This document shows, one piece after another, positions 25,743 to 37,704 of a DNA stretch of 64,000 nucleotides. The stretch is taken from contig NC_089432.1 in NCBI RefSeq assembly GCF_026210795.1, forward strand, positions 1,116,001 through 1,180,000. Reading direction: 5' to 3'. The position numbers and the translations under genes were made by a program. A model generated the notes under the pieces. It worked only from the letters and a program-made list of their open reading frames with translations. It had not been told where the DNA came from and made no database searches. Position 1 is the stretch's first letter. Each line of letters starts with the position of its first letter. Origin of the DNA: Rhizophagus irregularis. Taxonomy: Eukaryota.

Positions 25743-26195
25743 GAGCTTCTTTTAAAAATACCGGGTCAGGCTTACCTTCGCCGCCTTTTTTTCTAGGACC
25801 TAGATTCTACAAATCGGAAAAATTAAGGTTAGTACCATATATATATTTTTTTAATGTTTGCATTACATTTCTTTTACTTACCCTTTCCTTATTTTTCTTT
25901 AGATCTGAAGTCTACAAATCAGAAAACAATAAAGTTAGTAATTTTTTTTTTTAATATTTGTCGTATTACATTTCGTCCAACTTACCCTTTTTTTTGTTTA
26001 TCTTTAGGCTCGGAATTCTATAGTATTAAAAGTAATACTACATCAAATTCTGATATATTTAAAATGACAAATATACATACTAAAAATTTTAAAAATTTTA
26101 TTTTAACGCATTAAAATAATTATAGAACTTTATTCATGTTATCGCTTAACGTCGTGGTTACAAATACAAGAATTAAATTAGCCATCCTTTAATTA

Positions 26196-27671
26196 TTATA
26201 AAATAGTGTCAGAACCTTTTTTTTGAATCCATTCAAAATCATCATAACTGATATTATTAGGATTTTCAAGGTCATATTTTTTAATTATACCTTTTTCTTT
26301 ATATATTTGAAAAAGATCTTCTAATTGCTGTTGTTGTTGTCGTTCAATGTATGTATGTTCAGTTGAAATTATTTGCAATAAAATAGGATTTCTATCATTC
26401 CAATTATTGAGAAATAATTTTAAAGCTTTCAATTTATATTGCCAACTAAAAGAAAATTTAAATTTAAACTTAAACAAACTAAATGGTGAAAATTTTGCCA
26501 AAGTTTCGAATAATTTATCCCAATCAATAAAACAACCATATATACCAATAATTTGTAAACCAATTAAAGATTGACAATTAATTAATAAATTTTCAAAATC
26601 TAAAGTATTACTATTAAATGAAGATAATTTAAGGTAACAAAGTTTCGGACAATTTTGGGAAATTGCCTTTAAAAGTCTTCCATCATCAACATCTTGATAA
26701 TGAATATTGATTTCAATGAGATTTCCTTTTGTATTTTTAATTAAACATGCCAAAATCCAAGATGAAATTTGATGAGTTTTTAAAAATTTTAAAAGTGGTA
26801 AAGAAACTTTTTCCAAATGATTCCAATTTGTATAATCATAACATGAATTTATTATATATAAACTTACTAAATTAATGAGATTTGAAAGAAAATTTGTGAT
26901 AGGTTTCCAATCTATTCTCAAATATTGGATAGTATTTTCACAATTAATTAATGATTCTTCAAGTGATTTATGACATAATTCATTACTAATACGTAAATGA
27001 TTATAGATGAAATTGACTTCTTTCAGGTTTTTTTGAACTTTAATTAATTTAATGATTCCAAGATAATTATTGGTATGTACCATAATATTAAAACCCAATT
27101 TTTTAATTGATGTATTTGTTAAGGCCAAACCTCCTAAAAAGTTGCTATTAGTATTACTATCACAATAAAAATGATCAAGTTTTGAAAAGTAAAGTTCAGT
27201 TCCTGAAATAAGATAAGATAATTTTGGTATAGATTTAATAGAAAGTGAATTAAATGTTGTATTTAAATTAAATAGATTCAATATTTCGTCTCTTATAATA
27301 GAAATTTTTGATAATTCAATATTTTTATCTTTCACAAATACGTTCATTATGAATTCTAAAAATTTTGAATCTAAATGTTTCCAAAAACTAATATAATTAA
27401 ATAAAGGTCGTTGATATGTTTCAGTAAAAATATCAATTCCTTGATTCATCATATTATCCTTTGACTCTCCTGATAAATGTGAAAGTATTACACTAAGTAA
27501 AATTTTACATGCATTTTCGGTTAACTGATGTCGACTAGGATTCTTCCATAAAATCGGTACCACGGTTTCACACCAAATTCTGTTTATTAAAAGACATGAA
27601 TAAAAAGATTTACTATCATTTTGCAAATTTTTCAATATTAGAAAAATCACGTCTTTATTAAGTTCAGACAT
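26196..27671 (-). CDS. F-box-like protein with RNI/LRR-like C-terminus
   Basis: 491-aa ORF; N-terminal LNKDVIFLILKNL...YSCLLINRIWCETVVPILWKNP; ISQNCPKLCYLKL-type repeats. Confidence 0.85.
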   Translation of the reverse strand: MSELNKDVIFLILKNLQNDSKSFYSCLLINRIWCETVVPILWKNPSRHQLTENACKILLSVILSHLSGESKDNMMNQGIDIFTETYQRPLFNYISFWKHLDSKFLEFIMNVFVKDKNIELSKISIIRDEILNLFNLNTTFNSLSIKSIPKLSYLISGTELYFSKLDHFYCDSNTNSNFLGGLALTNTSIKKLGFNIMVHTNNYLGIIKLIKVQKNLKEVNFIYNHLRISNELCHKSLEESLINCENTIQYLRIDWKPITNFLSNLINLVSLYIINSCYDYTNWNHLEKVSLPLLKFLKTHQISSWILACLIKNTKGNLIEINIHYQDVDDGRLLKAISQNCPKLCYLKLSSFNSNTLDFENLLINCQSLIGLQIIGIYGCFIDWDKLFETLAKFSPFSLFKFKFKFSFSWQYKLKALKLFLNNWNDRNPILLQIISTEHTYIERQQQQQLEDLFQIYKEKGIIKKYDLENPNNISYDDFEWIQKKGSDTIL

Positions 27672-28079
27672 TTTTAAGGTTGAAAAAAAAATTTAAAAAT
27701 TTGCACCTTATTAATTAATTTGGATGGCGTAAAATGTGTAACGATATTAAATTTCTAATTTGTAATCCAAGTGAAGATCTACATTCGGAGTTAGTGATTT
27801 CGGAGTTAGTGATCTGCAATGTTTATTACCGTGCCTGCGGTTGTTCGTTCATTATATTGTAACAAGAAAAAAAATTATAACTTATTCTTTTATTAGTATT
27901 TTACAAATAATTTATAATAAGTACTATTTAAAATTTTTAAAAAAGAAAGAAAATTTTATTAATATAAATTTTAAGACCAATTAATAAATCAATATTAACG
28001 TACAAAATCTCAAGTTAATTTTCAACTTTTCATTCATAAAGTTGATAAAAACATTTCTAATCTATAACAAACCAAATAA

Positions 28080-29609
28080 TTAATCAATTTCATTTACATA
28101 TCTATAAATATCAAAGTATAAATTATCATAATTTAGAACTTTAATATTATATAAATTAAATTCCTTCACTTCATCTTTTTTATTAAACAAATTTATACTT
28201 TTCCCATTGAAATTATCTTTAATAGCCAAATATTTTACTCTCTTCTTCTTCATGATATGTTCTTTTATATAAGGTAAAATATCACCATTTTCTTCCAAAT
28301 TATTAATTACTAATTTCTTAGAGAAAGTATCATGAGAATTTTTTAAGAATACTTCAAAGTCATTTGCTTTAACGTAAATAAACAAACCTAAATATTCAAG
28401 TTTAGAAGGAAGTGCTTTTCCTAAATTTTGTAATATTAATAACTTGACATTATAATCTGCTCGAAAACCTTTTATATCAATTGAAAGATAATTGAGATTT
28501 TGTTTAACATTTTCAATTAAATCAAATAATGTAGGAATAATGTGAGCTTCAACCCCAAATAAACTAAGAACTTTGATATTTCTGCAATATTTTGTAATTA
28601 ATTCTAATAATTGTCTTAATGACGGACTATAATTAAAATTACATCCTAAATTTTCTAAATAATTACCACATTTTTGTAATAATTGTAATAATAATTGTAA
28701 TGGATTAATATTCCATTTTCTGTATAGATATAAAGATTTCAATTTAAATGGTTTTGTTAAGTTAATAATTTGTTGAATAAAACTATCTAAAGAAATACAA
28801 TAAATGATATGAACAGATTCTAAAACATTTAATTTTTCAAATATTTCAACTAAATTATTTATACCTTTAAAATCGACATAATAGAAAATGATTGTATTTA
28901 AGGTATTTGAACAATTAAATTCTTTTGATAATAATAATGATTGATATAAATATAAATTATAATAACCTAATAAAATTCTTTTAAGATTTTGTTGTGAACT
29001 AGTTATTTGTGATATATGTTCAATTAACGTATTAGAACTTAAAATAGAAAATTTTAAATTTTTAATATTGTTAATGAAATTTGAATCTTGTAAAATTATC
29101 TCAAGAATATTATCATAAATTTTATCATCATAATTATTATAACAGATTATCTCAATTTCAAAAGTATGTAAATTTACTTTATTTTCAATAAATGATTTAA
29201 TTAATGAGATATTAATTAATATTTTGAATTCGGGTGTTGTTGAAGTTTTATAATTAGATTTTAACCATCTCTCAATAGAAATAATGATTTTATATATATT
29301 CAAATATCTTATAAAACTAGGGTAATTGAAAAGTACTTTATTCGAAGGTAATAAATAATCAATAATTTGATATTCATTTATTTTTGTTTTTAAATCATCG
29401 TTCAAATTTTGTAAGTAAACTTCAATAAAATTATAATTATTGGTAAAATATGAAAATGGATTTTCCCATAATAATGGAATCGCTAAACGACACCATAATC
29501 TATTAATTAAAACGCATGAATATAAGGTTGAATAATCATTCTGAAAATTTTTGATGATTTCATATATTAATTCAGGTAAATCTCCTGAAAATATTTTTGA
29601 ACATGACAT
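28080..29609 (-). CDS. F-box-like protein with RNI/LRR-like C-terminus
   Basis: Likely start MSCSKIFSGDLPELIYEII...LYSCVLINRLWCRLAIPLLWENPF; the ORF extends to 29657. Confidence 0.85.
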   Translation of the reverse strand: MSCSKIFSGDLPELIYEIIKNFQNDYSTLYSCVLINRLWCRLAIPLLWENPFSYFTNNYNFIEVYLQNLNDDLKTKINEYQIIDYLLPSNKVLFNYPSFIRYLNIYKIIISIERWLKSNYKTSTTPEFKILINISLIKSFIENKVNLHTFEIEIICYNNYDDKIYDNILEIILQDSNFINNIKNLKFSILSSNTLIEHISQITSSQQNLKRILLGYYNLYLYQSLLLSKEFNCSNTLNTIIFYYVDFKGINNLVEIFEKLNVLESVHIIYCISLDSFIQQIINLTKPFKLKSLYLYRKWNINPLQLLLQLLQKCGNYLENLGCNFNYSPSLRQLLELITKYCRNIKVLSLFGVEAHIIPTLFDLIENVKQNLNYLSIDIKGFRADYNVKLLILQNLGKALPSKLEYLGLFIYVKANDFEVFLKNSHDTFSKKLVINNLEENGDILPYIKEHIMKKKRVKYLAIKDNFNGKSINLFNKKDEVKEFNLYNIKVLNYDNLYFDIYRYVNEID

Positions 29610-29983
29610 TTTGTAAACGGAAGGAAGAAAGGAAAAAAAAAAAATTGTGGCGTTCATTTGCCAAACTGAGTAAATTTATATTTCCATTTTTTGGGGGTGG
29701 TGAGTCCGATATTGTCTCACAATTAATGTCTGTGCGACATGTTTTAATAATTATATGTATTGTGCAGATCATTAGATGACAATCAATAAACGTCAAGTTA
29801 TATAAAAGTTATTGAAGTTTTTTTTTTGTAAAAAGCTAACTTTAATAAAAAATTTGTCTACCAGTTTTTTTTAATAAAAAAAAATTCCGATATTATGAAA
29901 ATATAAAAAATTGGTATATATCAATTTTTCTTATTCAAAAGAATGTTGCGAAGTCGCGGTGACTGGTTGATCATTTCGCCTAA

Positions 29984-32873
29984 TCTTCTATATAATTAAA
30001 AAAAAAAGATTGTGTAACCGAGTAACCTGTATAAATAATTTTGAATTGCGCGACATGCGTCTGATCTATTCTAAATAGTTATTGGATGTGGGAATAGAGA
30101 TATCGGTCGAAGACCGATATCCCCATCCAATAACTGAGTTCAGTCATTATGATTAAATAGGAATTAATGATACTAATACTGATTTCAAAATTGGATGTCT
30201 TATAAAAATATCGGTCAGTACAATCCCGCATATTCCTAATCGACTGAAAAATAAAATAACATGTTTTATAGTTTTCCCGGTAACTAGCATTTTGCTAATA
30301 CTAAAAAGTAATAGACAATTAACTTTTTTTGGATAATAATAATAATAATAATATAGAAAAAATTATTTTTATAGTAATAAGATCGCTATAATGTGATTTT
30401 GGAGAATTTTTTTTTTCGGTTGCAAATTAAACAACAAAATCGTTATAATGTTATTTTTTGGGAATATTTTTTTTTAACAATAGAATATGCAAATTTTATT
30501 TTTTTTAATGAATTTATAAATATATAAATAAATCATATTATCCCACGGTTCCTAGTTAAAATTTGTGATTTTTTTTCTTGATATTCTCACGGGTGGGTTT
30601 ATTTAAAAAGATGGATAAAGAGTCTATCAATATTGGAACAAAAAGTCTATCATTATTAGTCAAAATAAGTATATTAAAGGGCTTTATGGTACGATACCGT
30701 GAGATAAATCAGTTATTTTACGGAGTCACTTTCACGGCTGTGCCGTGAAAATCATTGATATCTATTACTTCTATATCTGATGTTTGGATTAGTCTTCGTA
30801 TAAATAATTTGAATTGTGTAACTTGAAGCCCATGCCGCTTGATCTATTTCCAGTCAACCAATCCAATTTCAGTTAATAAAATTTTACCTTAATCGGAATT
30901 TTTTTTTTCAGTTTAGTTTTTTTTTTCAACCGAAAAATTTGTTTTTTTTCATTCTTTTCCCGTTTAGGTTTAATTTTTTTCCCAAACTGATTAAATAATC
31001 CCTATTATTTTTTTTCGATCTTTTTTTTTTTTAGACCGTATTGTTATTTTCTTTAAAAATTTTTTTTTTCGCTCTTTTTGGATCGGATTATTGTCCTTTT
31101 TTTTTCAGAATTTTTTTTTGTACTTATTTTTTATTTTCAGATTCCTTTTTTTCGGAATTTACCTTTTTTTTAAACTGATTTCTTTCTCCTTTTTCTTCCC
31201 CCCAAATTTTTTTTAAAATTTTTTTTTCTTTCTTTCAATTTTTTTTATTATTAAAATTTATATTAAATATATTTACAGAATTATTATTTTTTTTTAAAAA
31301 AATCAATATAACATGTAGGAAAATTGGCTGACGTTGATAGAAAGATGAGTAAGATTTTTTCAATTAAATTAAACGCTGGATAAATAGTTTTATTTTCAAA
31401 TTCATTAAAAATCCAAAAAAAAAAATTGATATTTTTATATACTACTTTATAATTAATTAATTGAAGAAATTGTTGATTTAATAATAGATTATTATTAACC
31501 AAATCCATATCCGAAATTCTCTAATTCAAATGGTTTAGTTAAATTAATAATTTATCAAGTAAAATGAGTACCAAAAGAATAATAATAAATGAAATGAATA
31601 GATTCTAATACCTAAGTTGGTTATAAGTTTAAGATTGATGTAATATAAAATAAGAAATAATTATAAAATTTATAATTAATTAATAAAAATATTTGTAGTA
31701 TTAAAAGTTTTTTCGAAAATACTTCTAAAAAATTAATCAAAAAAATGAGGGTGAATGAAAAAATAGGGAGAGTAAAAGGGAATAAAAGAAATGAAGGGGG
31801 AGTGAGGGAGGAACGAAATGGAGCAAAGGGGGAGCGAAAGAAACAAAAGGAACGAAAAAGATCAAGTGGGAATGAAAAAAAAATGAAAAGAATGAAGAGG
31901 GACTAAATGGAGCAAAGGGGAATAAAAAAATGAAAGGAACAAAGGATAGTGTAAAGAGAAGTGGGAATGGAAAAAAATGAAAATAACAAAGGATAGTGTA
32001 AAGGAACGAAAAAGATGAAGTGAGAATGGAATAAAAATGAAAGGAACGAAGGATAGTGTAAAGGAATGAAAAAGATGTAAGGAACGAAGGAGAAAAACAA
32101 CAGAAAAAATGAAGGAAGGGAAGAATAAAAAGAGCAAAAGAAATGAAGAGACAAGAAGAAAACAAAAAAATGGAGAAGAGACGAAAATAGATAAACAGGG
32201 GACCAAGTAAACATTAAATAAAAGTAGAAATAAAGTTAGTAGGGAACGGAAATTACATGTAATAAATATACAAAAACAGAAAAATAAAAACATACAGAGT
32301 AGAACCGAAAGACCTAAAAGGAATGAAATACAAAATGTAATAAACGAAATATTAAGAATGGAATAAAAAATAACTAAGAAGAAACGACCATATAGTGCTG
32401 GTCATATCTTAATTGCAAAATCGAAAGAGCCAAAGGATCTAAAAAAATGAAACAAAGTTAGTAGGAAACAAAATGCAAGAAACAAAAATGAAAAAAAAGA
32501 AAGAAACCGTATCTTGAGTGCCGTACAAAGAAGTGAAAGGACCTAAAGAAAATAAGATTATCCGAGTACGTTTAAAAAGGTTAAAAAAAATAAACATAAG
32601 AAATACAAATTTAATAATGAGGTAAAAATTGTTCCTTAATTAATCCAAATTTCATTCTACACTCAAACGTCAAATCATTAATATAAGCTATTATTGTAAA
32701 TATTATAAATATAATTTATTATTTTATTATTTTTTGTTAACTAATTATTACCATATTAAATTCCTAAAAATTACTGTAACCATCTTTAATTTACTTAGTA
32801 TTACATTTTAATACTAAATTCTTCTATTTAAACAAACTCATTGGTCCCGGTGCGAAGCAACGGTGACTGCTAG
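29984..32873 (+). mobile_element. Probable non-autonomous Helitron
   Basis: 5' A|TCTTCTATATAATTAAA; 3' hairpin CCGGTGC-GAA-GCAACGG then CTAG|T at 32870-32874; no TSD; low-complexity interior; the 5' end assignment is tentative. Confidence 0.55.
30079..30133. repeat. Short palindromic element (TTATTGGATG...CATCCAATAA family)
   Basis: GTTATTGGATG...GATATCGGTC-GAA-GACCGATATC...CATCCAATAAC; related to 37046-37158. Confidence 0.65.
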
Positions 32874-34011
32874 TATTATTTTAATTTAATTGTCAGAAGA
32901 ATTTTTTTAGTTAAAATTGGTAATTATTATGTGAAATATTTAATATAGTAATAATATATACTGAAATTTTATATAATAATACTTTGCAATAATGTAATTC
33001 TTTACAGTTATTATATATTAATTTTTACCATAATCAAGAAATACTTTTACTGGTAACAACTTTTTATACTTAGTCCAATTATTAAACTTAATAATGCTGT
33101 ATATAATTATTATTTCATTATAATATGTAATTTATATCCAAAATTCTTTTAATAGGGAGTGGACGATTTAGTAGAAGATAATGATCGTAAAATGAAAATA
33201 AAGATTTCAAGCTACTTACAACGGTTGTTGATACAATACAAAAGTTCAAATTAGGGTTGTTAGAAAAAGAAAACCAGTTATTGTATAAAGACCAATCAGT
33301 AATTACATCAGAGGAAGCTATTTGAAGAAACGAAAAAAAGATTTAAATGAAATAGGTGGTGGTATTTCAAGCTCATGTGTTAATATCACTGAGGAATGTA
33401 CCGTACCTTTAGAACTTGGAAGAAATAAAAAAAAGGATGATCTGGTTAGTGGCCTTAAAAAATGTAATAAGGAATAAATAGCAAATAATGACGATGTTTT
33501 GGGGGATAGATATACAAATAATCAGCGTAATTTTCAGTTAGAAGTGATTAAACATTAACGTAAATAGTTAATTTATAAGTTTAGTATCATAGATAATGAC
33601 AGAAAACGATATATAAAGTTTAGATGGTGTATTTTATATGCACTTAAGTGTAAGTAGTCAAGAATTTGTTCTTTTTTTTTTGAGAAAATTTATTAAATAT
33701 TTAGTTATTAAAATTTATATTATATTTATTTTGTTTTAAAAATTGAAAACTATAGAACTTGTTAAACATACATTAAATAAAAAAATTGCTATAAGATACT
33801 GTATCCATGATAACTTAAATACTTTCTATACTAAATATTCATGGATATTATAATATACTTTCATATATTTTCATATATTTTATACTAATTTGAGTTTTGC
33901 AACTATAGGATTTTATTTAAATTCCTATTTAATATAATAATAATTACAAAAATATTTAGATAAAAAATTACTTAATTTTACTCTTAATTTTATAGAAATA
34001 AATTATATAAT

Positions 34012-35115
34012 TTATTCCTTTAAAAGTTGCTTTAATTTTTTTTGAGCATATTTATATCCCTGTTCAGCAGATTTTTGGTACCAATAAATTGCTTGGTCCA
34101 TATCTTTTTTAACATCACTTCCACTTTCATACATTTTAGCAAGATTATATTGAGCTGTACTACTTCCTAAATGCGCTGCTTTTTGATATAATTCAAATAC
34201 CTTCTTTTTATCAACATTAGTTCCAATTCCATTTTCATAACACCACACTAAGTTTTTTATTGCAATTAAATTCTCTAAATCAGCCGCTTTTTTATATAAT
34301 TCAAATGCTTTTTGATTATTAATATTAGTCCCAATTCCTTCTTTAAAGCAATATCCCAAACTACTCATTCCATATGAATTTCCCAAATCTGCTGCTTTCT
34401 GGAACAATTCAAAGCACTTCAGTGTATTAATATCAGTTCCAATCCCTTCATAATAACACCAACCCAAATTATTAATTCCGTTAATATTTCCTAAATCTAC
34501 TGCCTTTTGATAAAATTCAAATGCTTTATCTTCATTAACATTAGTTCCGATTCCAACTTCATAGCAATAACCTAAATTATTGATTCCACATGCATATTCT
34601 TCTTCTGCTAATTTTTTAGTTAATTCAAAAGCTATATCGCCATTTTTGTAACCACCTTTTCCATAAATATATTCATTAACAAGATTTAATTGAGCTACTC
34701 TATTTTCTAAATTTGCAGCTTTTAGATACAATTCGATTGCTCTTTGTTCATTAACTTCAGTTTCAATTCCATAATTATTAAAATATCCAAGTAAATAAAT
34801 TGAATTTGATTCATTTTGGTTATTTAAAAGGTAAATATAAATTTCCTGTAAAATTATTTTACAATTATTAATATAATCAAAAACATGTTGCTTTATTACT
34901 ATTGAATCCTTTCCTTTATTCAGTTCCACACATATAAGATTAACCAATTTATCAATCACAATACTTAAATCTTCTTCAAAAATACTTTTATTGATAACTT
35001 TAGTTGTAGGTTCTATTTCTTTTATATTTATTTTATTAAAATTTTGAGTCAGAGAAATTTCATGCGAAAAATCATTATTGATCAAAGAATTGTTGATTTT
35101 AGAATTATTAGACAT
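34012..35115 (-). CDS. Kinase-less SLR protein, 7 SLRs (tandem array unit)
   Basis: 367-aa ORF. Confidence 0.92.
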   Translation of the reverse strand: MSNNSKINNSLINNDFSHEISLTQNFNKINIKEIEPTTKVINKSIFEEDLSIVIDKLVNLICVELNKGKDSIVIKQHVFDYINNCKIILQEIYIYLLNNQNESNSIYLLGYFNNYGIETEVNEQRAIELYLKAANLENRVAQLNLVNEYIYGKGGYKNGDIAFELTKKLAEEEYACGINNLGYCYEVGIGTNVNEDKAFEFYQKAVDLGNINGINNLGWCYYEGIGTDINTLKCFELFQKAADLGNSYGMSSLGYCFKEGIGTNINNQKAFELYKKAADLENLIAIKNLVWCYENGIGTNVDKKKVFELYQKAAHLGSSTAQYNLAKMYESGSDVKKDMDQAIYWYQKSAEQGYKYAQKKLKQLLKE

Positions 35116-36389
35116 TGTAAAATAATTTGAGAATAAGGAGAAAAGATAACAAATAGAATTTTATTTTTATTTTTTTTCACAACATATTTATATTAGTAAT
35201 GGTGTTTGTCGATCACTTCTTGTGTATTTATAGCAAGATATATAAGGTTAGTGCAATTTGCTGATCATTTGTGATAATACATTCGAAGTAATAAAAAATT
35301 CAGATCGCCAGTTGTTATTACTATGTAACTATGCTTATATTTAATAATTATTGTAATTTTTTATAATTGCTTTATTTAGGTAAATTGAATGATTATAGAT
35401 AGATTTTTCAATTTTTCAATTATAAAAACTTTGTTTTATCCTTTTGTAATGGTTAGATGTATTAGATGATAAGTAATATTTACCTTAAGTAAAAAGTAAT
35501 TAAATTTTTTTATACTGAGAAATTAGTATGTTTTATATACTAAGAAATATAGGAAAAATGAAGTATAACTTTATTAAAATACAAATGATTCAAATGACAA
35601 ATACTACAAATAACCTAAGTCATTTTAAAATAATGTTGGTCAAAACTTGGCCTATATTTAATTCAACAAAAATTATGACATGATATCAACCAATCAAATC
35701 AAAAGACAAAATCCTTTAGATGGTCAGATGATCATGTCTTTTTCAACACTGTTATTCGAAATACAGAATTGTGCATTTTTTCGCATCTCTTATTATAAAA
35801 AGATATCTTTTAATTATAAACTCAATATAAAAAACGTATTTACTTTTTTTATAGATAACAAAACAATTTATCAATTTCAATGTTGAAATAATTTTAGTAT
35901 TCGATTAATTCCTTAATAGATAACTTACTCAACAATAAATATATTAGTGTTAAAAGAGTTTTGATTTTTTAAATCAATAATTGACTTCTCTATTTAAATA
36001 TTTAAATATTTACATCATATAGAATAAACTGGTATCTAGTAAGTTAGTATAATAAAGCAATTTATTTATTCTAAAATTAATTTTTATTTCAAAAAAAATT
36101 TGAACCTTAATTACCCAAACCTTTTAAGTGAATGGAAATAAACATAATATATTTGATAAAAAATTGTTAAATAATATTTACTGAATTTTAACTACTTTTT
36201 GTACTAAATGTTCATGATAAATATTTTTCAACTAATAATATATTTCATAAAGCTTTCAAATAGGCCAATAAAGTATAGATTTTTATTCAATTTATTATCT
36301 AATAAATAAAGTAAAATTTAGATAGTAAATTTTAAAAGCTTTTATTTTTACTTCTAATTCTACCAATAATAGAAATAACAAAGTATAAT

Positions 36390-37704
36390 TTATTTCTTCA
36401 AAAGTTCTTTTAATTGTAATTGGGCTCCTATATGTCCTTGTTTAGCAGATTTTTTGTACCAATAAATTGCATTATTAATATCCTTTTTAACTTCACTTCC
36501 ATTTTCATACATCCAAGCAAGACTATATTGAGCTGTACTATTTCCTAAATTTTCTGCTTTTTGATATAATTCAAATACCTTCTGTTTATTAATATTAGTT
36601 CCAATTCCTTCATAATACTAATTTATTAAGTTAAATTTCAAAATCTGCTGCTTTTTGATATAATTCAAATGCTTTTTATTCATTAACATTAGTCTATAAC
36701 AACAAGCTAAGCCATTTATTCCGTTAATATTCCCAAAATCTGCTGCTTTTTGGTCATTGATATTAGTTCCAATTCCATTTTCACAACAATAACCCAAGTT
36801 ATTGTTCAGCCCAATATATAGGATCATGCAAATTTTCATAGACTGATATTTTTATTAGCCATAACAAATTAACAATAACACATGATTGATATAATTAAGT
36901 GGAGTAAAAAATGGCATAAATGAATATTTTGTAGGAAAAGTTTAAATAAAGCTTATAAAGTGGATTAAAAATGAAATTTATAGAAAGCTTATTTATAATG
37001 TTATTAATTAATACATGATTAAAAATGTCAAAACGATAACACACTTATTGGATGTGTCGCAGAGACCTTCATTAATTGGTGAAAATGGCCACTACGTGGC
37101 CCATTTCCATCCAATCATTCGGTCCTGTGACCGATATAGCTACTCCCACATCCAATAATATGTATTTATTACATCCATATGCATAGTAATCATTATCTGC
37201 TAATTTTTGATAACTCAAAAGCTAAATTGTAGTAACTTTTTCCATAAATATATTCATCAACAAGATTAAATTGAGCTATAATATTTCTAATTCTGCAGCT
37301 TTTTGATATAATTCAATTGCTCTTTGTTTATTAACTTCAGTTTCAATTCCATAATAATAAAAATATCCAAGTAAGCAAACAGTTGATTTACTTTGGTGAC
37401 TTAAGAGGTAATTATATAAAACTATTTTATGATTATTAATAAAATTGAGTACATGTTATTTTATTACTATTGGACCTTCTCATTTATTAAGTTCCTTAAA
37501 AATAAGATCAACTAATCCATCAATTATAATACTAAATCTCCTTCAAAAATATGATCATTTATAATAGGTTCAACTTTTTATAATAGGTTCGATTTCTTTT
37601 ATTAAAATTTTATTGAAATTTTGAATTATTTGAGAAAATTCATGTAATAAATTATTAGTGATCGAAAAATTATTAGTTTCAGAATCAATTTGTTTATTAG
37701 ACAT
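36390..37704 (-). pseudogene. SLR pseudogene (tandem array unit)
   Basis: Paralog-like start (37704) and stop (36390); multiple frameshifts and deletions plus a 367-bp insertion in repeat 3. Confidence 0.9.
36804..37170. mobile_element. Insertion bounded by a short direct repeat (TTATT), Crypton-like
   Basis: Interrupts aagttatt|acatccatatg, which is contiguous in paralogs; ends resemble 42522-42824; no TIR at the termini. Confidence 0.65.

Noticed and set aside
31737..32293. Phe/Leu/Ser-rich ORFs that look like membrane proteins
   Set aside because: Translations of a pyrimidine-rich low-complexity repeat, open in all three frames
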